Virus record (IMG/VR): IMGVR_UViG_3300030328_002692
Span: 27,134-91,133 of that record
DNA: 64,000 nt
Direction: 5' to 3' (one strand)
From: a virus
Positions 29,986 to 41,221 of the stretch are shown piece after piece (positions within the stretch are counted from its first letter, which is position 1; the number at the start of each line of letters is the position of its first letter). The notes under the pieces are model-generated. The model made no database searches and was not told the DNA's origin. It worked only from the letters and a program-made list of their open reading frames with translations. A program made the translations under genes and the position numbers.

Positions 29986-32900
29986 TTAATCCGTTATTAA
30001 AATTCTGTTATTTCCACCGTCCAATACGATGTTTCCTCCACCAACTGTTATAGTTGATGCTGCGTTTATTCTGTCTCCATTTACTGAGCCTGTTACTACC
30101 ATATCTCCATGAACCATTCCGACTACAGCTGACCACGAACTTCCATTATATTTGAAAGCATTAGTATCTGAAGAAGAACTATTTGTAGTTACTGTAACCA
30201 CATCATTTGCTATTGGGGCTCTTCCAACTGCATTAGTAAATTCAGTATTTGTAGGAGCGTCTGTGTTTCCTAGTACTAATACAAAGTGAGCTGCCATAAC
30301 AGCATTTGAGCCTGCAGGTCCTGGACCTCCTGTCGGTCCTGGGCCTCCTGTTGGTCCTGGACCACCTGGAGGTCCTGGATTACCATTAGTACCATTAGTT
30401 CCATTAGTCCCATTAGTTCCATCAGTACCATCAGTACCATCAGTTCCATCAGTACCTGGACTACCTGGGCTACCTGCTGGTCCTGCTAATGAGAAGTTAC
30501 CTGCTAAAGATAGAGCTCCTGAACTTGCAGTATATTTTAAATGGTTTGTAGAATCTCCTAAATAGAAGTTACCACTTGTATCTAAGTAGAATCCATTATC
30601 GTTGTCTGTAAATGAAGTCTTATTTGGAGTATAGAAAGCACCACCATTTGCTAATACCATATTACTTCCTACATTTAAATTATTTGTTAGAGTAGTATTT
30701 GCTGTAAGTTTACCTGCACTTAATGTGCCGTCTACAATTACACTTCCATCAAAAGTTTCTGTAACTAATGAACTGAAATCAGCTGCATCTGCTTCAGATG
30801 CTGTAGCAGTTGCTGTAGCTGTATACACTCTTGTGCCTGCTTTATTTGCACTATTGTCTGTTATTGTTATTCTGTCGTTTGGTTGTATTTTACTGTCTGA
30901 AGCTGCTGCTATTACTAAGGCTGCTATTGCATTAGCATTAGCATCATCTAATGACCCTACCCAGTTTGTTACGTTTGATGCACTCAACCCACTAGTGCTT
31001 GATTCTTCAAAATTAAACACACTTCCACCACGAGAACCTGCTGCTCCTGCACTACCAGGGCTACCTGCACTACCGTCTGCTCCTTCTGCTACTTTTGTAA
31101 TAGTTGAGGAACTAGTATAAGTGTTGGCTGCTCCAGCATTTCTTTCTGCAGTAGTACTTGTTACAGTTGCAGTAACTACAACTGAAGCATTACTATTGCC
31201 CATGTTTGCTTTTGATAATACTCTAGTATCTCCACTTCCTGTTAATGTTACGGAAGGACTGGTTGTAAATACTGGACTTGCTGATAAATTATGTCTGTTT
31301 GCTGTAAATGTTATATCGTTTGGACTTTGTAAAACACCACTTGAATTAGCTAAAAATGCTCCTGCATCTGATTGTAATACTACATCATATAGAGTACTTG
31401 GTATAACTGTTGTTGCATTTGCAGGCCCGTGAAATGATGAGTATAGTACTTTTGATTTATTTTGTCCACCCGAAGTTAGTACTACTCTTTTACCATGTCT
31501 AATCCAATAATACCTCTGTGCATTATCTGCTCCTAGAGCGTGGGCAAATACCTTAGTTGCTCCATCTGTTTTATGAAGTAATGTTCTATTATTTACATTA
31601 GTATCTGGACTTATATGTATTTCTGTAAACATATTATCAGTAAATGCAGTTGCGTTTGTCCAAGCTAAATCTATTGTTCCAATGTTTGTAGCTGTTGCAG
31701 TTAAACCATTAGGGGCTCCTGGTGATGCTGTTATACCACTTCTTTGGTCATTTCCAGATACACTTGGTAATGCTGGTTTTGATATAGTGTAAAAACTATC
31801 ATCATATTCTTCAGCTGTTATTGAGGCTGTACAGTTTTGATTAAAGTTAATATTAGTTACTCTGAAATATTTTTGGTCAAAGCCAAACTTATCATGGCTT
31901 ACAGTAATTGTATCGCCTACAGTAAGTAGTAAAGCTTTGGGCCCAAGCTTAAAGCTTATTACCATATTAAATCTAGACTTTCTTAAAAAGTTTTCTACAT
32001 TTATACGAGCATTATAGTAACTTGAAATAGAAGCTACATTTACCGTACCTGATTTAATAACGTTCTTATCTGCTCTCAAATAATTAGAATCATAGAATGA
32101 AACAGCAGTTCCTTTAAATTGGTTTCCTGGGTCTAGTATGGAAGATTTTACAGTATTATATGATTTAGAAGGGCCTTTATCATCAACTTTTACAGTTCCT
32201 ATAATGTCTTCTTCTCTTATTACTCTTGGGTTGTGTTCTACTCCTATAGTATATCCAGTATAACTTCCTATGTTTGACGAAGTCACTTTTGTGCTTGTAA
32301 TTACATCAGAAGTAGTTTCTATTTTGAGAATATATTTACCACCTTCATATGATAATATACCGTTGAACTGTTTTAAGAAACCATTTATATTTTCAAATAC
32401 AGATTTAGAAGTATCTACAACACCTGAAGTCTGGTGTCTTGTAACCTCTCTTTGATGGGGAGAGTTCCACCCTAAATATCTCCAATATTTTACAAAGTCT
32501 GCATCAAATATACTATATCCAGTATCAAAAGTTTTATTATCAGCATTATATTCAGACACATAATTTCTATACTCACCACTAGAAGACCTAGATAGACTTA
32601 TAGTTGTACTTGAAATAGTGCCATTAGTATTTAACTTATATAAAGGTATTGAAGTAAGTGGACCTGTAAATCCTGTAGGGTTAGTTCCAGTTGGTTTTGT
32701 TGTTTTTGTACCTGCTGATGTTACTCTATAATATCCTGCATCAGTATAAATTATATCTCCTACAGTATAAGAGTGATGATTCTTCATAAACATTTTTGAG
32801 AATTTTCCAAAACATTCTTCAAATACTGTATAGTCTGTCCCAGCTGAATCTGTGAAGTCACCTTTAGATTTTACTTTACCCATAGATACCACAGTTCCTG

Positions 32901-35766
32901 AACTTGTACCATCTGAGGTTAATACATACCTATCTCCAACTGTAGCTGTTTTAGAGCCTGTAACCGTTTGAGTTCCTCTAGTATCACAAGTTCTTGCTGC
33001 TAATAACCAGTCTGATAATGAGATGTCTTTTTCTAAATCTAAACCTTTCCCGTATATATTGGAAATAGAATAGTCTAATAACTGTATAGCTGGGTTAATA
33101 CTTATTCTTTTATCGCTTGTTGTTAGTTTAGTTAATAATTCATAAGTATAAACAGCATTATCAGAATCAATAACATCATCTGGGTCTGGTTCTAAACCAG
33201 CGTCCCACATCTGAGATACTGTTGCTACTCTTTCACTTCCATCATAATCTGTTATTTCTCTTATTTGTTCTTGTCTTTGTTTTACGCCATCTATAGTAGT
33301 GGTTTTTATTAGTTTAATATCATATCCATTATAAGCATCGTCTGTTGAACTAGCACTACTAGCTAATTTTATTTTATCGTTTGAAACTAATGTTTGTGAG
33401 CCTGAAGTAGCACCTGTAGAGTTTCCACCTGTATGAGTTAATGTTGTTCCTGAAGTATCAAAAACAAAACTTTTTCTAAAATAAGGCAAAGAATTGCTTG
33501 CCCAAGTAAAGTTCATTAATCCTGCTATACCATCAAAACCAGTTGCAAACCAGTTAGGGTTACTTCCTGTAGCAGCTGTTAAAGGAGCATTGGTAGGAGT
33601 ACTTACTGTAACATCTACTGATAAAGTTGCTGGAACTGTTCCTGTATGTAGCTTATGATTATAAGTTACCATATTCCAGGTATTAGAGCCATCTGTCATA
33701 TAGAAAGCAGTAATTGCTGGAATTCCGTCAGTGTAATTTAATTCTGGTGGAGCGCTGAATCTGAATCTTTGTCTTATATTTGCATCTGAATCCACAAATG
33801 TCCATTTATCTATAATGGTAACAGCACTATTTATTGTTGCATTAGTATCTGTTCTTTTTAAATCTACTACATCTCCTACTTTGAAGTTTGCTGCGTCTTC
33901 TCCACCTGCTCCTGTGTGGTCATAACTATAGTCATAGTTATAACAATCTAGTTCTTTACCTCTAACAACGTACTCTATTTCAGGTACTGTTGTAGAATCT
34001 TCAGCAATCTCGCAATCTAATACTATATATGCTGTATCTAATAATCTGTGATTTGGACTCCAATATTCTTCATCTCCTGTAAAATAGTCGTTTTGTCTTT
34101 TAAATCCAGGACTTTGAGCAATTGAAACCAAAGTATCGTCTGCTTTTTGGAAAGGGCCTCCAGTATGGAGAGTTAACTGCATATTGTTAGGGTTACTAAC
34201 TCTTATAGTTTCTCCATCAAGAACACCACCACCATTAGCATCAGTAGCTGTTAAACTTGGTAGATTATTATTTGTATTGTAATAATGATTGTAATATGCG
34301 TCTATATATTCTTCTTCATAATCATATCCAGAGTCTCCATATCCAGCAAAACTTCTTTTTGGTGTATAGTTACTTGCATTAGACCCACTTACTCCTGACC
34401 CTGATTTTCTGACTCCTCCTAGAGTATTTCCTAAATCTTGTCTGCCTCTACAAAATACTTCTATCCCATCAACAGGAGTTGTTATTGAGTCATCTCTATC
34501 GTCTGAATCTTCTTTATTTATACAAACTAAAGGACTGCCATCAATGTATAAATCATATATTCCACCAATTTTTCCTTCTGAAAGTGCATATGCTATGTAT
34601 ATGTTATTAGGGTCATTTGATTTTGTATCAACAAAAACAGGTAATCCAGCAACCCGGTCGATTCCATAAACTACCGGAATTGTTCTTGAAGCTAGTGAGA
34701 AATTTAAATTTACATCTCGTTCTACTTCGACATCTTCCATGTAAGTAGATACTTTAACTTTACCGTACCACTTTTTCTTTGTTTTTACGCGCATTTCCTG
34801 CTCTATAGCAGTATATGTTGCTAAAATATTTGTGGTTTGTTCTGCGTGCAGAAATCCTAAATCATTTGCATACTCAGGACGAATAGCAGCCTCTGGCTGT
34901 CCCCTATTATTAGCGTCTGCAGCCCTGTGAATTTTATCACTGGTCATTCTTCCTTTTATTTGGGCAAAATCTCCCCAATGACTTGTAAGGTTCCATTTTA
35001 CTCTAAGACCTTGTGTAGGATTATCACTTATGCTAGTGGCATTTATAATCCCTTTAAATATGAGTAAAGGAGCTCCTGTGATTACCCCTGTTTCTGGATT
35101 TAAAAATGCTTTATATACAAATACTTCTCTATTGTGATATGATTTTAATGAACCATCATTTATCTCCCCGATCGGACCTTTTAGTTCGTCTGAGGCTACA
35201 CTTATGGTTATGCTTGTACCACTTGACTGATTTCCAACAGCATGGTCTATAGCAGCTAAGGTTAATGCTGTATTATTTGTTTTTATTCCTGTTATTTTGT
35301 AATATTTTCCACTATTAGTACCACCTGAAATTAATATTTTATCTCCTTCCCTGAATCCTTTTTGAACAAAATCTATACCAGAGGTAGTAGGTACACTAAG
35401 CACTGAGGAGCTTATAGTTACTTCTGAACTAGTAACACTTAGATTTAGGGATTCTGCAGCGAACTCTAGACTCATTCCAGAGGCTCTTGCCTCTATAGTC
35501 TCTTGATAAGTTCCTACTTTTAATATTTTGTCTGCTATATAAGTTTGTGAGCCATTTGAATTTCCATCAGTATCTAAACTTCCATCATCAAAAGCTATAT
35601 TATGTCCTGCATCAGTATAGTATGCATATCTTACTGCATCAGTACTGAATTTACCATTGAGCATGGCTTTACTAGGTCTTTCGAATTTAATTAAATGACA
35701 ATAAGAAAACGGCTCATTATTTATGAGTACTTTTCTTAAATTTGCGTTTAAACTTCTTTCTGCCAT
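29986..35766 (-). CDS. Baseplate hub / central straight-fibre protein (T5 pb3 + pb4-like)
   Basis: Lies after Dit. Contains LTSHWGDF, IPVVYG and NPAIQLLDY hub motifs, an FnIII-like PGAPNGLTAT...YYWIR segment and a collagen-like C-terminal part. Confidence 0.82.
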   Translation of the reverse strand: MAERSLNANLRKVLINNEPFSYCHLIKFERPSKAMLNGKFSTDAVRYAYYTDAGHNIAFDDGSLDTDGNSNGSQTYIADKILKVGTYQETIEARASGMSLEFAAESLNLSVTSSEVTISSSVLSVPTTSGIDFVQKGFREGDKILISGGTNSGKYYKITGIKTNNTALTLAAIDHAVGNQSSGTSITISVASDELKGPIGEINDGSLKSYHNREVFVYKAFLNPETGVITGAPLLIFKGIINATSISDNPTQGLRVKWNLTSHWGDFAQIKGRMTSDKIHRAADANNRGQPEAAIRPEYANDLGFLHAEQTTNILATYTAIEQEMRVKTKKKWYGKVKVSTYMEDVEVERDVNLNFSLASRTIPVVYGIDRVAGLPVFVDTKSNDPNNIYIAYALSEGKIGGIYDLYIDGSPLVCINKEDSDDRDDSITTPVDGIEVFCRGRQDLGNTLGGVRKSGSGVSGSNASNYTPKRSFAGYGDSGYDYEEEYIDAYYNHYYNTNNNLPSLTATDANGGGVLDGETIRVSNPNNMQLTLHTGGPFQKADDTLVSIAQSPGFKRQNDYFTGDEEYWSPNHRLLDTAYIVLDCEIAEDSTTVPEIEYVVRGKELDCYNYDYSYDHTGAGGEDAANFKVGDVVDLKRTDTNATINSAVTIIDKWTFVDSDANIRQRFRFSAPPELNYTDGIPAITAFYMTDGSNTWNMVTYNHKLHTGTVPATLSVDVTVSTPTNAPLTAATGSNPNWFATGFDGIAGLMNFTWASNSLPYFRKSFVFDTSGTTLTHTGGNSTGATSGSQTLVSNDKIKLASSASSTDDAYNGYDIKLIKTTTIDGVKQRQEQIREITDYDGSERVATVSQMWDAGLEPDPDDVIDSDNAVYTYELLTKLTTSDKRISINPAIQLLDYSISNIYGKGLDLEKDISLSDWLLAARTCDTRGTQTVTGSKTATVGDRYVLTSDGTSSGTVVSMGKVKSKGDFTDSAGTDYTVFEECFGKFSKMFMKNHHSYTVGDIIYTDAGYYRVTSAGTKTTKPTGTNPTGFTGPLTSIPLYKLNTNGTISSTTISLSRSSSGEYRNYVSEYNADNKTFDTGYSIFDADFVKYWRYLGWNSPHQREVTRHQTSGVVDTSKSVFENINGFLKQFNGILSYEGGKYILKIETTSDVITSTKVTSSNIGSYTGYTIGVEHNPRVIREEDIIGTVKVDDKGPSKSYNTVKSSILDPGNQFKGTAVSFYDSNYLRADKNVIKSGTVNVASISSYYNARINVENFLRKSRFNMVISFKLGPKALLLTVGDTITVSHDKFGFDQKYFRVTNINFNQNCTASITAEEYDDSFYTISKPALPSVSGNDQRSGITASPGAPNGLTATATNIGTIDLAWTNATAFTDNMFTEIHISPDTNVNNRTLLHKTDGATKVFAHALGADNAQRYYWIRHGKRVVLTSGGQNKSKVLYSSFHGPANATTVIPSTLYDVVLQSDAGAFLANSSGVLQSPNDITFTANRHNLSASPVFTTSPSVTLTGSGDTRVLSKANMGNSNASVVVTATVTSTTAERNAGAANTYTSSSTITKVAEGADGSAGSPGSAGAAGSRGGSVFNFEESSTSGLSASNVTNWVGSLDDANANAIAALVIAAASDSKIQPNDRITITDNSANKAGTRVYTATATATASEADAADFSSLVTETFDGSVIVDGTLSAGKLTANTTLTNNLNVGSNMVLANGGAFYTPNKTSFTDNDNGFYLDTSGNFYLGDSTNHLKYTASSGALSLAGNFSLAGPAGSPGSPGTDGTDGTDGTDGTNGTNGTNGTNGNPGPPGGPGPTGGPGPTGGPGPAGSNAVMAAHFVLVLGNTDAPTNTEFTNAVGRAPIANDVVTVTTNSSSSDTNAFKYNGSSWSAVVGMVHGDMVVTGSVNGDRINAASTITVGGGNIVLDGGNNRILITD
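30310..30485. repeat. Collagen-like Gly-X-Y coding repeat (9-bp and 18-bp periodicity)
   Basis: Encodes GSPGSP(GTD)x4(GTN)x4GNPGPPGGPGPTGGPGPTGGPGPAG on the minus strand. Confidence 0.85.
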
Positions 35767-36509
35767 TATGCCTGTGCTTCTTCTAGATTGAGTGAGAATT
35801 GGTACAAGTTATTAGTACCAAGACTATACTGTTGAACATCTGCTTTCAGTATGACTCTAATTAAAGGTTGGTAATAATCAATTGTTGCACCTGAAGAGAC
35901 AGACCTTTGAAGGTTTGGTGTAAAATACACTATTCTTTGTGATGTGCTTGGTTGACTGTGTAATCCTGAGTGATAAGTTGCATTATTCATAACTCTAGTT
36001 ACTCTGTAGCTTTTAGTATGCAAACTATCATTACTATCCGTTATTGTGAACATATCGCCTACTTGAGGCTCAGTTGTTTGTGTTGAGGAATGTGTTGCTT
36101 GAACCATAAACTCTCCGCCTTGGTTATAAGCAGCAGCTGAAGTAGGGCTAGTACTTTGTGTGTATGTTGTAAAAGCTGAATTTCTTGAATTAAATTGATT
36201 TGGTAATTGTATATAAAATGGATTTAACTTCCCTTGTTGTATTAAAAAAGAATAAACTGGTTCGAATTGGTCTCGTGTCATTGGGTTGTATTTTATACTA
36301 ATATCCCATGAATGAGCTCCAGTACTCCTGGTAATAACTCTTCCACTATTTGTTCGTGATATTTGGGTAGGGCTCTTTGATGAGAAGTCCATTGAAGCAT
36401 ATCCAGGACCTGCTGTTCCTCCATTTCCTGTAGTTAAAGACTGGCCTCCATCTCCTATTGCATTATTTGGGTCTGGAAGTATATTTGTAAATGCTGTAAA
36501 TGTTGCCAT
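35766..36509 (-). CDS. Distal tail protein (T5 pb9-like)
   Basis: LPDP...PGY...WDISIKYNPMT...LEE pattern. Lies between tape measure and hub. Confidence 0.82.
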   Translation of the reverse strand: MATFTAFTNILPDPNNAIGDGGQSLTTGNGGTAGPGYASMDFSSKSPTQISRTNSGRVITRSTGAHSWDISIKYNPMTRDQFEPVYSFLIQQGKLNPFYIQLPNQFNSRNSAFTTYTQSTSPTSAAAYNQGGEFMVQATHSSTQTTEPQVGDMFTITDSNDSLHTKSYRVTRVMNNATYHSGLHSQPSTSQRIVYFTPNLQRSVSSGATIDYYQPLIRVILKADVQQYSLGTNNLYQFSLNLEEAQA

Positions 36510-39500
36510 TATCCTCCGTATGCTCCTGTATTAACTTCTTCCATGAATTCTTCTCCATGTTCATTTGCTGCTTCTCTAATCATGCCTATGATGTTTCCTC
36601 TTTGCTCTAGTAGTAAATCTTCTACGCCTGCAGCGTCTACAGCATTGATTGAGAAGTTAACATTAGTTGTTCCACCTAATTTATCATTAGGTACAACTTC
36701 ATATCCTGCTGTTGTAGGTTTCACTATTTCTGGACCTCTTTCTCCTACTAATATTTCTCCGCCTGCTGCATATCCTCTCTTCATTCCAGCTGCTCCGCCA
36801 GGTGTAAAGTTGTTTGCATTACTACCGAATCCTTTTTGTCCTCTAAGGAAGGCTAATTCTCCTGCAGACGCTCCTTGAGCTGTGTCTACACTAGTATTTC
36901 TTTTTCCTACTTCTATAGTGGAAGGTGCTGAAGATACATTACCTGATGAGCCTTGGAATTGTTGTGCTTTTATTAGGGATATTTGTTTCATACCCATAGC
37001 AAGTACCATAGCCGCTAAAGCTGGTCCTACAACTGGTATTTCATAAGCTCTTGTTGCTCCTAAGGCTGTACTGATGACTGCCTGGGCAATATCCATAGTC
37101 TTTTTAGTTTCAAAAGCTTTTCTTTGTATTGCTTCTTTTTTCTTTTCCATTGCTTTAATTTTAGCAACGGAAGCTGCTGAATTGCCGTCTCTTTTCTTCT
37201 CAGCTTCTATTTGTTTGTCTATTTCGGCGACTTGTGCCTTTGTGTTTTGTTGTTGTAATTGAGATATAACTCCAATAGCTTGCATAGCCATTTGAGCTCC
37301 TGCTACTAGTTTATCTCCGAAGCTCGCACCCTCTGTATCAAATACTTTCATAGTCTCTAAGAATGAAGAAGCTAAAGTAAACATTCCTTCTTGGGCCATT
37401 GCTATTAATTCACCTTCTGGTCCTAGTTCTTTTAATGATTCTCTCATTGGGCTTAAGAAATCAGTCATTTTTGCAAGAGTCTCTGAGTCAAATCCTATAT
37501 TTTTATTCCAGTTTCCATCTTTATCTTGAAGTTGTGAGAATAGTAAGTCGGCATTCTCTAACATTTTTTCACCTTGTAAGGTTTCATTGATTAGTGATGT
37601 TTTAGAGAGTCCTACAATCGCTTGTTCAGCTTTCATCTGTTTGATTTTAGCATCTGCTGTGGCTTCTGCAAGTGATGAAACATTTTCCATTTGAGTTTCA
37701 ATATCTTGAATAACTTTTTCATCTACACCCAAAGCTTCCATTCTTGCTCTCATTATTATAAGCTCTATTCTTAATTTCTCTACTAGTAATTCTTTTTCTT
37801 TTGTTGCTACTCTTATTTTTTCAGCTGCAATTCTTTTTTCTGCGTCTAATTTTTGCGCAGGAGTATTTTCTATACCTCTTCCTTTGCCCGCTGCATTCAA
37901 TGCCTCTTGTGCTTTTATTGTGGCCTCTTGTGCAGCAAACATTTTCTTTGATTCTTGAAGTCTCAACTTGTCAATAGCTAGTGATTCTTTATCAAGTAGA
38001 GCTTTTTTCTCTGTATCTCCTACTATCTTTTCTGTTGTTTTGCTTAAAGTTTCTTCTGCGTCTAAGATTTTTGCGTATCTGCCTAACTCTTCCTCTGACA
38101 TCTCTGACATCTGCTTCTTCAACTCACCATTTTCCTTAAACAAACCACTAGTTTCTTTCGTAAACTGTAATTCTTTTTCTTGTAAATTTTTGGATATAGT
38201 CAATGCTTTATTAGAAGATGTAATTCTAAGATTTGCTGCTGCTAAGTTCATCTTTTGATATTTACTTGCTCCAGCTGTTAGTCTTTGCTGATACTTTATT
38301 TCGGCCTCATTAAATAGTTGCATTTTATGAATTTCTTTAGCTAATTTAGTGACTGCTTCAGTTCTATTTGCTATTAAATCACCTAGCCCTAGCTCATTAG
38401 CTATTCTGGCTTTTGTAGCTTCAATTTCTTCTTTGGATAAGTTTAATGATTCTTTTGTTGCTTCCTTGACCCTTGTATTGTATGTCTCCATTGCTGAAGA
38501 TAAGTCTTCATTATGCATCAGCATTCTTACAAATGCAGGTTCTGCCTGGTCTAACATCTCTACTAAAGCTCCTGAACCTTGCTGATTAGGGTCTGCTTCC
38601 ATTACACCTAACATTTCTTCAGATATTACCTTTAAAGTTGCTAAATAAGTAGATATTTTTCCTTTCTTAGTAAATTCTTGATTAAATTCGGACATTTTTT
38701 GTTTTGCTTCTCTTAGTGTTTCAGTTAATACTATTAAGGATTGTCCTTGCGCGGTAGTATCTTGTACACCTATTCTCATAGTTTTCTGTAAAAATTCTTG
38801 AACATTAACAACAGCACCAGTTGCATCAACTAAACCCTCTGTTGCTGATATTGTTTCCCACATTGATTCTCCGAAGAATTTTTGTACTGATTCACCTTTT
38901 GCTATAGATTGTAAGAAAGGGTTTATATCAAAATCGCTAGAAAGATTTTTTCTTAATTCTTTTGAGCCTTCTCCTGCCTGTTTTAACATTTCTTCAAAAG
39001 CCCTTATTTCATGAATACCAGCTTTCATAATACCACTATCAAGCAACCCTAGAGTAGCACCACTCATTGTAAACTTAAAAGCCTCTTTTATTGCTCCTGC
39101 TTCTCTTTCTAATTCTTGTAAATCTCCTGCTAAGCTATCTTTTCCTTCTACTTTTATTTCCCATTTTTCTGGTAAAATATAGTTTATCTTGTCTGCTGCC
39201 CAAATTGTTGCTTTTATCCACCATTGTAAAAACTGATTCCATCCGGCTCTTAGATTTAACCACATTATGTTAAATCCTGACTTAGTCATAGCAAAGAACT
39301 TTCCTGCCTTCGTTCCTAAGTCTTGAAAAATTCTTCCTACAAAGGTTAACTTCGCATTGGCTTTTTCCTGTTCTGCTTGCAGCTCTTCTAATGAATCAAG
39401 TAATGCTGTATTGGCAGTTGCTGAAGCCATTAGAGCTTCTGCGGATGTTTGGTTCGCTCTTGCATTTCTACCCTGACTCTCCGATAATTTATCAATATTT

Positions 39501-41215
39501 GAAGCAGTTTGTTCCATTGCTTTATTTAAAGCAGATGCTTCTCCTCTAAATTGACCCAACCATCTGAAAGCACCTACTAATAATGATATTAGTAAATCTA
39601 GCAAGAATAGTAGCTGACCTATGACAGGAATTGCTGTAAATATTCCTTTAATGGCTACTCTTGCTGTGAGCCCAAAAGACTTGAAACTCATCTTAGCCAT
39701 AAACAGAGGTTTTTTCAACCACATAAAGCTAGTAGCCATTGTCTTGTTGCCGAACGCTATTTTTTTCTGGTCAGCCATATGAGCTTTGCCGGCCCACCTT
39801 GCTCGTTTCATTGCTTTCATATGACCTTTAAAACTTGAGTCTTTTTCAAGATTGCTAAATATTTTTGATTCTACTCTTCCAAGTTGTGCTTGTTTACCAA
39901 GAGAACTTGCCCCCATGCTAATAGTTGATCCTTGTTGCCTTGCTGCATTTAAAGCTTGTATGTCTGCTAACTCTTGTTTTGCTAATGCTATTCTTTCTCT
40001 TACTAAGGCTATTTGTTTTACTGTTCCGGCTTTTATCCTTTTTTGAGCTCCTAAAATATAATCATTTAATTTTTTCTGTGCTTTTTCTAAATCTTTTGTT
40101 TCGTATTCGCCTTTCTGTATATTTTTAGCTAAATCATTGTATCCTTTACCCATACCTTTTATGGTATTAATTTTTTTCTCATATGACCTTATTACTCTCA
40201 GGTTTGCTTGTTCTTCCTTTTTAGCATTTTCTAGGGCGTCGCCTGCATTTTTCGCTGCTATCATACCTAACTTTGATATAATAGGTATTGCTTGATTTAA
40301 AACACCTTTAGTTATAACCATCATAAAGCCCATTAAGGCCATTTCATTCTTTGCAAAGAATCCCGCTATAGGCCCAAGTATCATATTGAAGGCGTCCATT
40401 ATCTTTCTTCCTAATTCCATTAGAGTTGCCCCTAATTCATCAAAGTTACTTGCGTCTTGGTCAAATAAATCTCCAAATTTTCTCTCTCCTTGCTCCGCTA
40501 TTTCATTAGCAAAAGCCATACGTTTTTCAAATCTGTTTAATTCACTTGCCGCTTTACCTAACGTGGCTGCGTATTTTGCTGCAGCGTCATCTACTCTTAC
40601 AAATAGTCCTAATTCGTCCAAAATTTCAGGCTCTAGTTTAGCTGCACCACGAGTAACCCTGTCAATCGCATCTCCTACATCTCTACCTAAAGCCAAAGCT
40701 GCCGATTTAGCTACTTGGGTTAATTTTTCCATCTGACTTGGGTCAAAACCAGCACTAGCACCTACTGAGGCTGTTTGCATAGCTTGAGCCATATCAATCG
40801 CTCCACCTGCTACACCCCTTATTCTCATAGATAAGGCTTCTAAATTTTGACCAGACTTACTCCCTAGAATTTCTAGTGAGTCTATCATGGTTTGTACTTG
40901 GGCTGCTTGTTTTAAAGCATTGAATGCAGCGGTTGCTGCGAAAACGTTAGCTGCTAATGTAGCATACGCTCCAACAAGGCCAGAAGAACCTGACCCCATT
41001 GTTTCTTTCATTTTAGAAAAACCTTTAGCAGAAGATAGATTACTTTGGTATAAGGATTTTTCTTTTTTATGAGTATTATCAGAAGTCTTATTAAGCTTTG
41101 TTCTTTCCTTATTAAGGTCTTTAGTCTCTTTTTTAGTGTCGCCAAGCTGCTTCGAGAGCTGCTTAGCCCCCTTACTCGTCATCTGTACTTCAAAGATTAC
41201 CTTACCTTCTGCCAT
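36509..41215 (-). CDS. Tape measure protein (T5 pb2-like)
   Basis: 1568 aa, helical and Ala-rich. GLVGAYATLAANVFA and GAAKLEPEILDELG motifs, hydrophobic segments and VGERGPE near the C-terminus. Confidence 0.92.
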   Translation of the reverse strand: MAEGKVIFEVQMTSKGAKQLSKQLGDTKKETKDLNKERTKLNKTSDNTHKKEKSLYQSNLSSAKGFSKMKETMGSGSSGLVGAYATLAANVFAATAAFNALKQAAQVQTMIDSLEILGSKSGQNLEALSMRIRGVAGGAIDMAQAMQTASVGASAGFDPSQMEKLTQVAKSAALALGRDVGDAIDRVTRGAAKLEPEILDELGLFVRVDDAAAKYAATLGKAASELNRFEKRMAFANEIAEQGERKFGDLFDQDASNFDELGATLMELGRKIMDAFNMILGPIAGFFAKNEMALMGFMMVITKGVLNQAIPIISKLGMIAAKNAGDALENAKKEEQANLRVIRSYEKKINTIKGMGKGYNDLAKNIQKGEYETKDLEKAQKKLNDYILGAQKRIKAGTVKQIALVRERIALAKQELADIQALNAARQQGSTISMGASSLGKQAQLGRVESKIFSNLEKDSSFKGHMKAMKRARWAGKAHMADQKKIAFGNKTMATSFMWLKKPLFMAKMSFKSFGLTARVAIKGIFTAIPVIGQLLFLLDLLISLLVGAFRWLGQFRGEASALNKAMEQTASNIDKLSESQGRNARANQTSAEALMASATANTALLDSLEELQAEQEKANAKLTFVGRIFQDLGTKAGKFFAMTKSGFNIMWLNLRAGWNQFLQWWIKATIWAADKINYILPEKWEIKVEGKDSLAGDLQELEREAGAIKEAFKFTMSGATLGLLDSGIMKAGIHEIRAFEEMLKQAGEGSKELRKNLSSDFDINPFLQSIAKGESVQKFFGESMWETISATEGLVDATGAVVNVQEFLQKTMRIGVQDTTAQGQSLIVLTETLREAKQKMSEFNQEFTKKGKISTYLATLKVISEEMLGVMEADPNQQGSGALVEMLDQAEPAFVRMLMHNEDLSSAMETYNTRVKEATKESLNLSKEEIEATKARIANELGLGDLIANRTEAVTKLAKEIHKMQLFNEAEIKYQQRLTAGASKYQKMNLAAANLRITSSNKALTISKNLQEKELQFTKETSGLFKENGELKKQMSEMSEEELGRYAKILDAEETLSKTTEKIVGDTEKKALLDKESLAIDKLRLQESKKMFAAQEATIKAQEALNAAGKGRGIENTPAQKLDAEKRIAAEKIRVATKEKELLVEKLRIELIIMRARMEALGVDEKVIQDIETQMENVSSLAEATADAKIKQMKAEQAIVGLSKTSLINETLQGEKMLENADLLFSQLQDKDGNWNKNIGFDSETLAKMTDFLSPMRESLKELGPEGELIAMAQEGMFTLASSFLETMKVFDTEGASFGDKLVAGAQMAMQAIGVISQLQQQNTKAQVAEIDKQIEAEKKRDGNSAASVAKIKAMEKKKEAIQRKAFETKKTMDIAQAVISTALGATRAYEIPVVGPALAAMVLAMGMKQISLIKAQQFQGSSGNVSSAPSTIEVGKRNTSVDTAQGASAGELAFLRGQKGFGSNANNFTPGGAAGMKRGYAAGGEILVGERGPEIVKPTTAGYEVVPNDKLGGTTNVNFSINAVDAAGVEDLLLEQRGNIIGMIREAANEHGEEFMEEVNTGAYGG

Positions 41216-41221
41216 GTTTTC

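Noticed and set aside
30380-30460. Short tandem repeats that could be taken for a CRISPR array or contingency locus
   Set aside because: They have 9-bp periodicity without spacers and encode in-frame Gly-X-Y collagen repeats.
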